From: Octopus bimaculoides
Taxonomy: Eukaryota
Assembly: GCF_001194135.2 (NCBI RefSeq)
Contig: NC_069007.1
Coordinates: 1,168,181 to 1,208,290 of the forward strand
DNA length: 40,110 bases
Direction: 5' to 3'
Part shown: one piece after another, positions 1-13,040 of the stretch
How positions within the stretch are numbered: position 1 is the first letter of the stretch
How the letters are laid out: every line of letters begins with the position of its first letter
Made by a program: the position numbers and the translations under genes
The notes under the pieces: generated by a model
Seen by the model: only the letters and a program-made list of their open reading frames with translations
The model's database searches: none
What the model was told of the DNA's origin: nothing

Positions 1-967
1 TATATATACACATATATATGCATATGTATATCCCTGTATGTATATACTCAGATATATGTGTTTGTGTTTATGTATTTGTGCGTGTCATTGTGTATACGCA
101 GATATAGACAATCACAGACATGTAAGTGTCCATGTACATACATATTTAGGGTGCGTTGTAAATATACATTCGGTTATTTTCAGACTACTGTGAAATTATG
201 AATTTATATAAACACAATCTTGTACATGGTAACATTATGAATATTTAAGCGAAAATATATATCCATCTTGTAATTAAATTTTTCGTTGTTATTTCTTCAT
301 ATCCCCAATATCTTCATATTTTATAAAACAAGATGTGGTTCTTTGCAATTACGATTTCCAACCGTTATTGAGTAATAAACTGATATATATTAGTTACCCT
401 AAAGCACACGTCTTGTAACGAACATGGATTATTTGAATAAACAATAGCCATTTTATGTCATTATAGAACTAATTTTTGTAATTTTGGACTTTTAGTTGCC
501 TAATAAATAATTGTAATATTTTTTTTTAAATTACGACATCAAACGAGGTATATTAAGCAGGTGGTCTTTGCACATTAATTCTAACATATATGAAATAATA
601 TCTGTTTTAGATTTGATATTTAAGGTTCCGTAAAGTTATGGTAGCATTGTGTGGAATAGTATACGCATATATTTATGAATATATGTGAAAAGTATGTATA
701 TATGAGTGTATGTATGTATATGTATATATATATATATATATATGTAACTGTCCGAAATGGTCGTGACTTCTGGTACTTGACTGAAGAAAAAAAGCTAAGA
801 ATGACCCATCATTTTTGCCTGTCCATCTAATAGATGTTTCGCTTGTCCGCTTTTGTGTCGTCTATTTGTCCGAACGCTTTAATACCCTCTATTGCGTTTT
901 TGTTCCATTTATATATATACATAGGTATTGAGAAATGACAGCACACAACGCCCTCGGAATTTGAGAT

Positions 968-1010
<43 letters not shown>

Positions 1011-1913
1011 NNNNNNNNNNNNNNNNNNNNNNNNNNNNNNNNNNNNNNNNNNNNNNNNNNNNNNNNNNNNNNNNNNNNNNNNNNNNNNNNNNNNNNNNNN
1101 NNNNNNNNNNNNNNNNNNNNNNNNNNNNNNNNNNNNNNNNNNNNNNNNNNNNNNNNNNNNNNNNNNNNNNNNNNNNNNNNNNNNNNNNNNNNNNNNNNNN
1201 NNNNNNNNNNNNNNNNNNNNNNNNNNNNNNNNNNNNNNNNNNNNNNNNNNNNNNNNNNNNNNNNNNNNNNNNNNNNNNNNNNNNNNNNNNNNNNNNNNNN
1301 NNNNNNNNNNNNNNNNNNNNNNNNNNNNNNNNNNNNNNNNNNNNNNNNNNNNNNNNNNNNNNNNNNNNNNNNNNNNNNNNNNNNNNNNNNNNNNNNNNNN
1401 NNNNNNNNNNNNNNNNNNNNNNNNNNNNNNNNNNNNNNNNNNNNNNNNNNNNNNNNNNNNNNNNNNNNNNNNNNNNNNNNNNNNNNNNNNNNNNNNNNNN
1501 NNNNNNNNNNNNNNNNNNNNNNNNNNNNNNNNNNNNNNNNNNNNNNNNNNNNNNNNNNNNNNNNNNNNNNNNNNNNNNNNNNNNNNNNNNNNNNNNNNNN
1601 NNNNNNNNNNNNNNNNNNNNNNNNNNNNNNNNNNNNNNNNNNNNNNNNNNNNNNNNNNNNNNNNNNNNNNNNNNNNNNNNNNNNNNNNNNNNNNNNNNNN
1701 NNNNNNNNNNNNNNNNNNNNNNNNNNNNNNNNNNNNNNNNNNNNNNNNNNNNNNNNNNNNNNNNNNNNNNNNNNNNNNNNNNNNNNNNNNNNNNNNNNNN
1801 NNNNNNNNNNNNNNNNNNNNNNNNNNNNNNNNNNNNNNNNNNNNNNNNNNNNNNNNNNNNNNNNNNNNNNNNNNNNNNNNNNNNNNNNNNNNNNNNNNNN
1901 NNNNNNNNNNNNN

Positions 1914-2225
1914 AGTAATAGTTGTAGCAGTAATAACTGCAGCAGCACTAGTAGTAATAATAGTAGTAGCAGTAATAGTATCATAATTATAATTATTATG
2001 ATTAGTAGTAGTAGTAACAGCAGCAGCAACAGTAGTAGTAGTAGTAGTCGTTGTAGTAGTAGTGGTCTATTGTCTACCATATGTCTAGATTGTATAATTA
2101 TTTGGGCAATAATGTTTCATTAAACACACACATATGTATGTATGTTTATATATATATATATATATATGTATGTGTATATATATCTATATGTATGTGTATA
2201 TATATGTGTGTGCGTGTTTGTGTAA

Positions 2226-2271
<46 letters not shown>

Positions 2272-2275
2272 GTAA
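1914..2275. repeat. Compound (AGT/AGC/AAT)n tract followed by (TA)n/(TG)n microsatellites
   Basis: Tandem tri- and dinucleotide units visible directly. Confidence 0.9.
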
Positions 2276-3209
2276 AACAAATATAATTTTTTGTATTTTG
2301 TTTTATATTTCGTCTGTTTTTTAATTAGTTATTATTGTCTGTTTACTCTAGAAAATAAGAATTAATAACGACCTGACATTAAAATGGAAATTAAGCGAAA
2401 ATAATCACATTATGGCTCAATATATACACTCCGCTCTCAACAGACATATAACAACTCAACCTGAGCAAAAACTAACTTGATGAATACACTCAACAATTAG
2501 CACACAACAAACTCAACACGTAACACTCAACTCACAACACTCAACTCACAAATTTAAACTAAAATTCAACTAAAATTAACACTCAAAACGCCACAAGTAT
2601 TGCACGAAGGCTCTTTACGCTCAATTGATAACCTTCACTCAATACTCAATATAGAATATACAGCTGTGAACACACACTCAACACTCAGCAAGCAAGTAAC
2701 ATCATGCATTCAGCTTCCAAATACTATATCACAGTTGAATTTTAAGAGGCGGCAGCCTTCGAACATAGTGTAAAAAATTTTATTTTCCATATTCCCCCAA
2801 ATTTATCGATTTCATTGGAATTGTCTCAATCGCATGGTTTTTGTTTAGATTTTAAACAAACTCAGGCAGAGATTTTTGTCTAGTATAGCATGGATATTCT
2901 CAGTTAATCGAACGTTTCGAGTCCATTATATTACATAAGTGAGACCCTTCCGTCTTTGTGTTTAGTATACTCAATGCTGCTCTGAATGTACATTCCCTCC
3001 GCCATATTATATGGATTATCTTCGCCTTTTGAAATACTAGAACATTAAAATACTTTAAAATTAATTCCTATCGTCTTTGAACAACTCTTCCAAACATTAT
3101 TTGTATTTGAAACACAAGGGTTTTCGCTCGTTAATTGAATAATAACAGCTTTTATTACTAGTTTAAACAGCTGCCATTGAGTCTAGCCTAACAGACGACC
3201 ATAATCTTT

Positions 3210-3301
3210 CTATCTATCTATCTATCTATCTATCTAAATCTTTGTCTAAAAGATATAATCGGTTATTGCCTTTCTCTTCCAGTCTTCTCTCTCTCTCCCT
3301 C

Positions 3302-3363
<62 letters not shown>

Positions 3364-3372
3364 CTCTCTCTA
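3210..3372. repeat. (TCTA)n plus long (CT)n microsatellite
   Basis: TCTA units near 3210-3236; CT run near 3278-3372. Confidence 0.95.
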
Positions 3373-3888
3373 TAAACAAAACTCCATGTATCTCTCTTTT
3401 TTCATGTTTTAATCTGCTTCACTCCGTTCCTCTTCTCGCAGCCGACATTTGACATTCTGATACTTCTCTCGTGCATTCTGATCCCTCTCTATAGCCTCTT
3501 TCTCGCTCTAAATCAATCGCCCCCTCATTCTCTCTCTCTTTATACACATAGACACATTATATAAATATAGGTATACATACATACAAATAATTAATATCGA
3601 CATACATGTTTGTGTGTGCGCGTGTGAATGTAAGTATATATAGGTATCAACACACACATGCAAACCAATATTCCTTCCTTCTTTTCCTTATCTCGTGTCT
3701 CTTTTTCACAATAACAATTGTGTACAATAATGCTTTGCCAGTCGACGTGTTTGTGTTTGCATTTCGTTCTAGGTGTGCACGTGTGTGTGTGAGTGTGTTA
3801 ATGTGCGAACGCACATGTGTGTATGTAAATGATATAGGCTTATTTCTCTTAACTCATTTCTTTCTATGCATGTGTGTCATTATGTATG

Positions 3889-3931
<43 letters not shown>

Positions 3932-3945
3932 TAAACTAAATAGGA

Positions 3946-4002
<57 letters not shown>

Positions 4003-4754
4003 TACATATATATATATATATGCATATATATATATGCATACATGCATACATGTACATACACATTGATATATGTGTGTGTTAGTGTATGCACATATGTATG
4101 TCTATATACATGCACGTACGTTTGCGTGCATGTATATATATGGACATAATTGCTTTCGTTTTTCTTCGATGTTGTCTTTCGTTCTTTCCTTCGAATTGTC
4201 ACACATTCTCGTTGTCAATCTCGATCAGGTTTTTCTGATGGGCTCTCCTCTTGTGAATGTGTGTGTGTGTATGTGTGTGTGTATACAAACACACTATGGA
4301 CCTCTAAGCATCTCTATCTATGTATCTTTATATCTTTCTAAATCACTGTCGCTTAATTGAGAAAACAGAGACGAGTGTGAAGGTGTGTGTATGTGTATGT
4401 GGTGGATATATTCCTTGATACGTCTCTCAGTGTTTTTTTGTGTGTATTTTAATTAGTGAGTAAGCATAAATTCCATTTATGAGGACGGATTCGCATAGAA
4501 ACACACATTCACACATGTAATCTCCACTTAGTACACATATATGTTTAACAATTGTAGCTGAGTATGTTAATTGATTAGGAAATTAATGTGTATCCATTAA
4601 ATCTCTCCGTTTTCAAAAATTTAATAATAATATATGATATTTCATATAATATATTCATTGATGAAATATCTCTTCAAAATAATATATATTAAAACATTGT
4701 ATCTTAGATAGATATCCCTGTAAGAAGTTTAAATATCCTCATTGTATCTATCTA

Positions 4755-4800
<46 letters not shown>

Positions 4801-5336
4801 TTCCCCACCTCCCAACACCCTCACATCACACCACACCAATACCCTCGCATCACACCACGCATACACTACAACTGACCAACTNNNNNNNNNNNNNNNNNNN
4901 NNNNNNNNNNNNNNNNNNNNNNNNNNNNNNNNNNNNNNNNNNNNNNNNNNNNNNNNNNNNNNNNNNNNNNNNNNNNNNNNNNNNNNNNNNNNNNNNNNNN
5001 NNNNNNNNNNNNNNNNNNNNNNNNNNNNNNNNNNNNNNNNNNNNNNNNNNNNNNNNNNNNNNNNNNNNNNNNNNNNNNNNNNNNNNNNNNNNNNNNNNNN
5101 NNNNNNNNNNNNNNNNNNNNNNNNNNNNNNNNNNNNNNNNNNNNNNNNNNNNNNNNNNNNNNNNNNNNNNNNNNNNNNNNNNNNNNNNNNNNNNNNNNNN
5201 NNNNNNNNNNNNNNNNNNNNNNNNNNNNNNNNNNNNNNNNNNNNNNNNNNNNNNNNNNNNNNNNNNNNNNNNNNNNNNNNNNNNNNNNNNNNNNNNNNNN
5301 NNNNNNNNNNNNNNNNNNNNNNNNNNNNNNNNNNNN

Positions 5337-5387
<51 letters not shown>

Positions 5388-5997
5388 TACATATTATTGT
5401 GTCCGGGGAGAGTCATTCTGTTTTAATGCCTTATTAATTAACACACACACTGGTTCGATTTCCACTCATTTACATTATATATAAAATTTTAACCCTTCTT
5501 TCCGACAATCACCATGCACATCTGTTGTTGCCAGTACAGTAAAAGTTAATTGTTAAACCTTCCAAAATTTCAGTGAAATATATTTATTCTAAGTCTAAAC
5601 TATTTTCGGGGGCAACAACTCCCCATTCGTTTACAAACACAATCAACAAATGTATATTACAACTTCTATAATTTCAAATTAGTTTCCAATGATCTTCATT
5701 ACTGTAGACGTATTCAACTCCCTGCCAACATCAACACAGTTTTATATAAACTGGCAACAATCCCTCCCACCTCGTAGTGGTAATGAATTTATCTCCGGTC
5801 GAAACCCTGACTTGCATGTCATAGTTTTTTAAATAAAATTACAGTGTCTAACTACTGTGTTTTGATTATTGCTTTATCAGTTAATGGTTGAAGTACGTAA
5901 AGTATATTTTTAATGTTATACAATACTTATACACACACACGTGTCAGCAGAGCGTGCGTGCGTCTCTGTCTCTCTCTCTCTCTCTATATATATATAT

Positions 5998-6049
<52 letters not shown>

Positions 6050-6168
6050 TTATGTATTTATGCATATATCATATGGGTGTATGTAATGTATGTGTGTATG
6101 TATGTTTGTGTTTGGGCATGTGTGAGTGCAAGAGGCTAAACACTTTCGTTATGCAGTCATTAGTTGTC

Positions 6169-6202
<34 letters not shown>

Positions 6203-6492
6203 NNNNNNNNNNNNNNNNNNNNNNNNNNNNNNNNNNNNNNNNNNNNNNNNNNNNNNNNNNNNNNNNNNNNNNNNNNNNNNNNNNNNNNNNNNNNNNNNNN
6301 NNNNNNNNNNNNNNNNNNNNNNNNNNNNNNNNNNNNNNNNNNNNNNNNNNNNNNNNNNNNNNNNNNNNNNNNNNNNNNNNNNNNNNNNNNNNNNNNNNNN
6401 NNNNNNNNNNNNNNNNNNNNNNNNNNNNNNNNNNNNNNNNNNNNNNNNNNNNNNNNNNNNNNNNNNNNNNNNNNNNNNNNNNNNNNNNNNNN

Positions 6493-6546
<54 letters not shown>

Positions 6547-6736
6547 ATGGTGTTTGTCTGAGTGTATCTGTTTTGGGCTGTAGGGATTATTAGATATTGA
6601 TATTATATATTAGTATAGGATAAATCATTAGAATGCTATTATTTCTGATTCTTCTGCTCCAGACTGACCTCTACCAATGTATCACTAAACCACTTATTAG
6701 TCTCACTTCCTCTCATACACGATTGCATTCATTATG

Positions 6737-7067
6737 AGGAAGACGACGACGACGAACGAGAATGATGATGATGACGATGATGACGATGATGATGACGATG
6801 ATGACGGCGGAAATGCTAGCGGTGGTGGTGGTGGTGGTGGTGGTGGTGGTGCTGACGATACTGCTGCTGTCGGTGACGACGATATCCATAATTACGATAA
6901 TAATAATGATAGAGGCTGCTACTGCAGCTGTTGATGCTGCCGCTGCTGTGTGTGTGTAGATGATGATGATGATGATGATTGTGTTGGTGGTGGTGATGAT
7001 GAGCATGATGATGATGGTGGTGGTGGTGGTGGCGATGGTGATAATGGTTATGATGATGATGATGATT
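6737..7067. repeat. Compound trinucleotide tract (GAC/GAT/GGT/GCT)n
   Basis: Visible directly; explains the poly-D/poly-G/poly-M ORFs at 6713-7234. Confidence 0.9.
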
Positions 7068-7768
7068 ACAGTATATTTCTACGCTGGCTGATCACACGAT
7101 ATTTATGCAGCAACAAAAAATATAAAAAGAAAAAAAAAAAAAACAGAATCACAAGAACGAAGGTTCTACGTATGGGTTTATTTATTTATTTATTTTTTTC
7201 GTTTCCTCTATCGAAATGTGGTGGTGCCAAATAGACGTTTGCCAGTCAAAATTCTTCACTGATCGAAACTAATTACACAACCCGCCATTCCTATGTTGTT
7301 ATATATAAAAAAAAAACATAGAAACCAAGACGTGGCACTGAGTATCTAAGGCTACATTAAATGTTGTGCTTTTCCTTGCTTATTGTTTCTCTCTAGCTTA
7401 CTCTTGCTCAGGAAAATGTTCGAAATAAGTTTAGATATGGCGAGTCCAGCTTATAATTATGGTATTATGTATCTAGGAGTTGGTAATCCAATGTAGCTTA
7501 TTACGTTTTGCTGTGTAGTGTTTCGATGAAGGGGACAGGAAAGGGGTAAAAAGCAAAAATGCAATAAAGAAGGGGAAAATGGTCTAGAGATTCAGACAGA
7601 CGGGATAAAAAATGTCCGAAAAAGAAAAAGAACGACATACTAAGACTCCGACAACAGCACCAATACTAGAAACACCTGAACGAAACGTTATAAACTTCAT
7701 CACAGAGGAAACAAACAGCAAAAAAGAAAAAAATTACTGAAACAGATGTAACAACACCCAGATATTCC

Positions 7769-7983
7769 TTTCTATTCTAAGCACAAGGACTGAAATCTTT
7801 GGGGAGGCGGAGCAGTCGATTAGATGGACACCAGTACGCAACTGGTACTTGATTTATCGAATCCGAAAGGATGAAAGGCAAAGTGGGCCACGGTGGAATT
7901 TGAACTCAGAACATAAAGACAGACGAAATACCGCTAAGTACTTCGCCCAGCGTGATAACGGTTTTGCCAGTTCGCAGCTTTCG
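7769..7983 (-). mobile_element. tRNA-derived SINE, family 1 (octopus type), near full length
   Basis: Minus strand has a Pol III B-box-like GAGTTCAAATTCC, followed by the body shared with 6 other copies in this window (CCTTTCATCCTTTCG...AAGTACCAGT...CCCC...GTGC) and a GAATAGAAAG tail. Confidence 0.85.
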
Positions 7984-7999
7984 CAAAACCCAAATATTC

Positions 8000-8177
8000 T
8001 TTTCTATTCCAGGCACAAGGCCTGTAATTTTGGGGGAGGCGGCGCAGTCAATTAGGTCGACACCACTACGCAACTGGTGCTTAATTTATCGACACTGAAA
8101 GGATGAACGGCAAAGTCGACTTCGGTTGAAGTTGAACTCAGAACGTAAAGACAGACGAAATACCGCTAAGCATTTCG
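8000..8177 (-). mobile_element. SINE family 1, tandem neighbour of 7769-7983; 5' end lost in the gap
   Basis: Collinear with the preceding copy at an offset of about 232 nt. Confidence 0.85.
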
Positions 8178-8734
8178 NNNNNNNNNNNNNNNNNNNNNNN
8201 NNNNNNNNNNNNNNNNNNNNNNNNNNNNNNNNNNNNNNNNNNNNNNNNNNNNNNNNNNNNNNNNNNNNNNNNNNNNNATATATATATACATGCATGTATG
8301 TGTGTCTGTATTAATAAAGGTATGGAATTACATATATACACACACGCACTCTCTCACGTACACACATACACACACACATATATATATATATATATAAGCA
8401 TATAGATGTTTACATACATACATACCTACATACATAAGAATCACGCACTCGTACACCTGTGTGTGCACGTGAACAGACGCACATATATAGATATAAATGT
8501 GATCAGAATTTAAATAAATTGTCTCCGTGCTTTATCTAATTCACACGCCCAAACTTATGGAATTGGTATCACAATCGCCGGGTGTGAGAATGGTTGTCTG
8601 ATATTTGCAGACGGCATATTTCCATCTGGTTCGTGTGAAGCTGGTGCAGTATGAATCGAATGTGTTCGCTGCTGTGTGGGTTCAAAGGCAAGCATTGGTC
8701 TTCTCAAGAGTGTTTCTCAAAGAATATTCTGTTA

Positions 8735-8984
8735 AAAGAGGTAAAGTTATCTTCTTGAATCATGCCGACCCATAAGGGCTGGTTTACCGGTTTCATAGCG
8801 CATGTATTCCCCACTTGAACGGGTGGTCGCTCGCAGGTTTACTCATTTTTGCCAGCTGAGTGGACTGGAGCAACGTGAATGAAGTGTTTTACTCAAGAAC
8901 ACAACGCGTTGCCCGGTCCAAGAATCGAAATCACAATCCTACGATCATGAGTCCAACACCCTAACCACTAAACCACGTCCCTCT
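8735..8984 (-). mobile_element. tRNA-derived SINE, family 3
   Basis: Minus strand starts GGACGTGGTTTAGTGGTTAGGG (A box) then GATTTCGATTC (B-box-like), followed by GTTGTGTTCTTGAGTAAAACAC...CCAGTCCACTCAGCTGG, which resembles the conserved central domains of metazoan SINEs (from memory). Confidence 0.75.
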
Positions 8985-9004
8985 ACACAGTGTACTCTGC
9001 ATGT

Positions 9005-9355
9005 TTGTAGATCGTGCCTATGGACAAATCTCTCGGGGCCGTAATCACGAGTGATGGGAAGCAGGAGACTGGGTTGGATGTTAGAATCGCAGTTATGCTC
9101 CCAGGAATTCGGCTACTCCAGCAATGGATTCCTCGGAAGAGGGGAGGTTGGTAGAAAAGAGAAATCTTACTGATTTTAAATGTTGCTTTTCGTTGCCTAT
9201 CTTCACCCATAGACATGGATCTTCGGTCATGATCGAAAGATTACGACCCCGAAAACAAGCGGTTGACATGGGATTCTCTGAATGTTTCTGCAATAACGTT
9301 AATCAACAGACTGCCTCGCTCAGAGATTAAGGAAACTAATGAAGCTGCGCCGACC
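9005..9355 (+). mobile_element. Decayed RTE-clade non-LTR retrotransposon fragment (region C-terminal to the RT core), frameshifted
   Basis: Stitched frames give KSLGAVITSDGKQETGLDVRIA / LPIFTHRHGSSVMIERLRPRKQAVDMGF / SAITLINRLPRSEIKE. These are collinear with the RTE/Rex3-type pattern YLG..(F/I)TSDG....IDxRI...VPTLTYGHExWVMTERxRSRIQAxEMxFLR...LxDRVRSSxIRE, recalled rather than searched. Confidence 0.7.
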
Positions 9356-11762
9356 GGTAGGTAACTTAGAGAAAAATCAAAAGCAACATAGTTGGATAAT
9401 ATCTATAGTTTCAGGTGATCAAACTTGAGAATCCAACAGGAAAATGTTGTGATGATTGTTTGTAATAGAAACCTTATGAAGAATGTGCTTCAGACCTCAA
9501 TTCCCGTGACCATTCCAGGTATATTGGGCTAAGAAATTGGATTGATGTGTACCTTCGAACGTGGGAAGACTTTTCATTATGGAAATAGTCTCTACAGGAA
9601 TATGTCCCGGTGTGTGAAAAAATATTACGTGATAAATTACGTCATAGGTGCATGCATGTCTGCATTGTTACGCGTCATCATCCACAAATACTAAATTCGT
9701 TGTTCACAGACCTATGACAACAATAATTCTGTTATATAAGAACCGAAAACACTAAAGTTTTCGGTGTGCATAAAGTTTGGTTCAGAAGGAATTAATTCAA
9801 ATGAGTCATACGAAGAAATGCTAAATTAAAAAAAAAATCATTGTACACAACAATATTTTACACATTCATATATACTCGTACGTTGGAAGAAATTTCGCTG
9901 CTGAAGTAGTTTCGAGGGAAAATATCTCATGTTGTCTAAAGGAAGATATTTCATCTCGTAGTCATGTGGTACCGCAAAACAAATCCTCATTAATTAGATG
10001 ATGTAGACAGGAATTATATAAAGTCGTGTCACGCCAGGCTCGCTGCACTACATCACGCTACTTCCAACCATGGATTACGTCATAGGTGCATATCTCTGTG
10101 GACTATTCTGCCATTTAGACTTTTATTTCATGAGCAAGTGCTTCAATAGTTCGAATAGGTAAATATCCATCATGAAAATCGACGGAAATCCATTCACTTA
10201 TTTTAATTGTTTAAGAGCGCTGTGAGCTATAATATAGTTAGTGATTTCCCGTTCTCAGTTAAGTTCTAACCTTTATCGATTTTACTTTTCCTACTTCAAT
10301 ATAAAACAAAGCAGGAATCAAACACTAATATCTATAATACTGACTTTATCCTTCCTCCAAAATGTATTGTTAATCATTGGAAGATTTACACTTCCTTTGT
10401 TCGCATTGTTAAAGTCCTCATCATTTATAAGTATTCTAGGAAAGACATTTGCTGCAAATACTCACAATTTTGTAATTATTTTCCTTTCCTGACAAACAAA
10501 CCGAACGATATTACACACAGTTATGAACAGAAGTAGATATAACTTTAACGACAAAGCTGGATTTCTATGAAATCACTGGCGTAATAGCGCAAGTGACGAG
10601 TAACAAGAGAAGTTTGTTTATAACGAAACACGATAACTGCCTTCATAATAATCATTTTGGTTTACGTGTGTGAAGCAGAACAACATTTGATTAAACATTT
10701 TCAAGAAATGTAAGGTTCTTCTTAAAAGCCACTCAACTGGACAGCCCACACTTCAAGAAGATAATAGCAATTTCTGTAGTCAAATACTCATTATGATGGC
10801 AAACAAAAGGATATTCCAAAGGGACATGCGAGTATCTCATTAACTTCATTTGATATGACGATTTCCTCATTGATATTTTGCTTGAACTTTGCATAATGAT
10901 AAAACCGCAGACATTACGAAGTTCTGACAATGAAACGAAAAGAAGAAAAAAAGAGAAACAAGCCAGAAAAAAATAATGAAAAGAAAATATAAAAAAAGAA
11001 AAGAAAAGAGAGAGAAATCAACGAGAAACGAAAGAAAAGCCAAGATAATTGAAGCAACTAGAGCGCTTGTTGGAGCTGAAATCTACAATGGCTGTTCATA
11101 ATTATCAACAGTAAAGTCAAGGACGTGAGACGTGAAGAAGGAAATTCGATTAAGCATTTTGTTGTGTAAAAAAGTTGTAATAACTCCCGTTTATATCATT
11201 GTCATTTGAGAAAACTGTCCTAATTAATAGACTATTAAATTAACTCTCTAAGTTATACACCTTTAGGTGAATGATAGAAACAATAAAAATAACAACAGCA
11301 ATAATAATAATAAAGATGATGATGATGATGGTGGTGTTAATTTCTGTTATTAGCCACAGGGTCAAAATGAGCGGTTAATATCAAGAAATCAGTCTGCATT
11401 TTGTGTGGGTTTTGCATAAAAAATGAGGAGGAAAATAATGATGTAGCTAGATTCGAAAATGAATCGATAAACCGCCGTATTTATATCACAGCCTAGTAAC
11501 AGCTTGTTCACGTTGTCGTCAGATTTATGGAACAATACAACATCCAGACATCACGTGATGCATCATTCTAGATACTGTTAAAAATGTCCCTCTGCAAAGT
11601 TTATTGCTAGGCATTTTTTGAGCACCACACGTGCAGAAGGTCGAAGACCACCGGCAGAAATGCGTCTCCGCTCTTCCCAAGCTTATTTGCGCAGAGACTG
11701 ACCAATTCATTTTCATACGTCTCAACTCTTCTGCGGTTGTCCATAGCTATCCTAACCATATC

Positions 11763-11798
<36 letters not shown>

Positions 11799-11842
11799 GT
11801 CAGTTAACAGACATTATTTAACGAAGAAAAGAAAATAATAAC

Positions 11843-12270
11843 AGATGATGGTGATAGTGAATATGGACGGTGACGACGGCGACGACGATGACAATTACGA
11901 AGATGAAAAGATGATGATGATTCTGATGACGATGATGATGGTGATGATACTGATGAAGATGACGACTTTGATGATGATGATGGTGGTAATGATGATAATG
12001 ATGACGATGATGATGATGATGATGATGATGATGGTGGTAATGATGATAATGATGATGATGACGATGATGATGATGATGACGATGATGATGATGACGATGG
12101 TGATGATGATGATGACGGTGATGGTGATGGTGATGATGGTGATGATGACGGTGATGGTGATGATGGTGATGATGATGATGAAGATGACGAGGATGATGAT
12201 GATAATGATAATGATGATGATGATGGTGATGATGATGATGATGATGGCGGTAATGATCATGATGACGAAG
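11843..12270. repeat. About 430-bp degenerate (GAT/GAC/GGT/AAT)n tract
   Basis: Visible directly; source of the poly-M and poly-I ORFs. Confidence 0.95.
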
Positions 12271-12554
12271 AAGGCGTTGCTGATATTAATATATGAACAA
12301 GATTATAAATATAACCTCTCTGCGTAAACCTTCCATTGTTTGCGTTGGAATCTGTCTTTCGAGAAAGAGATCTTACAAATGACGGAATTGGTTCAATATA
12401 ATTTTTTTTTTTTGGAAACCTTTCACCTGCGATTAACAATGGAGTTCCTATATTTATATCGCGAACTTCGACAACAGGAAGAACAACATCGATAGTCTGA
12501 GTAAGGGCAACGATATGAACAACAGCAAGAGGAAGTATGAAAAAAAAAATCATA

Positions 12555-12566
12555 AACAACAACAAC

Positions 12567-12628
<62 letters not shown>
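12555..12628. repeat. (AAC)n(AAT)n microsatellite
   Basis: Visible directly. Confidence 0.95.
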
Positions 12629-12630
<2 letters not shown>

Positions 12631-12725
12631 CAATACAATCTGACACGGGACCAGTACAATCAACGACCAAACAAGAAGAGAAGCCGGACGACAACGGTTA
12701 AGACATCAATAATACAATTAATATT

Positions 12726-12759
<34 letters not shown>

Positions 12760-12871
12760 GTAGTAGTAGTAGTAGTACGCTTTCGTTACATATTATTTAT
12801 ATATAAGAGATTTTTTTATGAAATTCATAAAACTACATTGTATATTTATCGCTTCATCCGTTTCAACTTAC

Positions 12872-12973
12872 CCCGTTAAAGCGATTCGTTTCACGTCTCC
12901 GGACGATTCCCAAAGATAAAAACCAGGTTTGATAAAGCAAATGTCGAACGATTCACAGTCGAAAGAACAAAAC
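12872..12973 (-). other. Candidate 102-nt internal exon of an unidentified minus-strand transcript
   Basis: Acceptor ctttttggtttgctatatcggtttgacag|G and donor CGGG|gtaagt. One open frame, phase 2-2: FCSFDCESFDICFIKPGFYLWESSGDVKRIALT. No homolog recognised. Confidence 0.3.
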
Positions 12974-13040
12974 CTGTCAAACCGATATAGCAAACCAAAA
13001 AGTTTATTTGGTATTATTGTTTCGCGTACCCCCACCCCCA

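Noticed and set aside
184-228. Faint resemblance of YCEIMNL..HNLVHG to the RIO kinase pre-catalytic segment
   Set aside because: Needs a 4-residue deletion, and no following DxxxxN exon was found.
9190-9310. Minus-strand AG...GTAAGA exon-like segment
   Set aside because: It lies antisense within the RTE fragment, which already explains the sequence complexity.
11520-11750. Possible 3' end of an RTE-like ORF on the minus strand
   Set aside because: The similarity needs several frameshifts and is too weak to call without a search.
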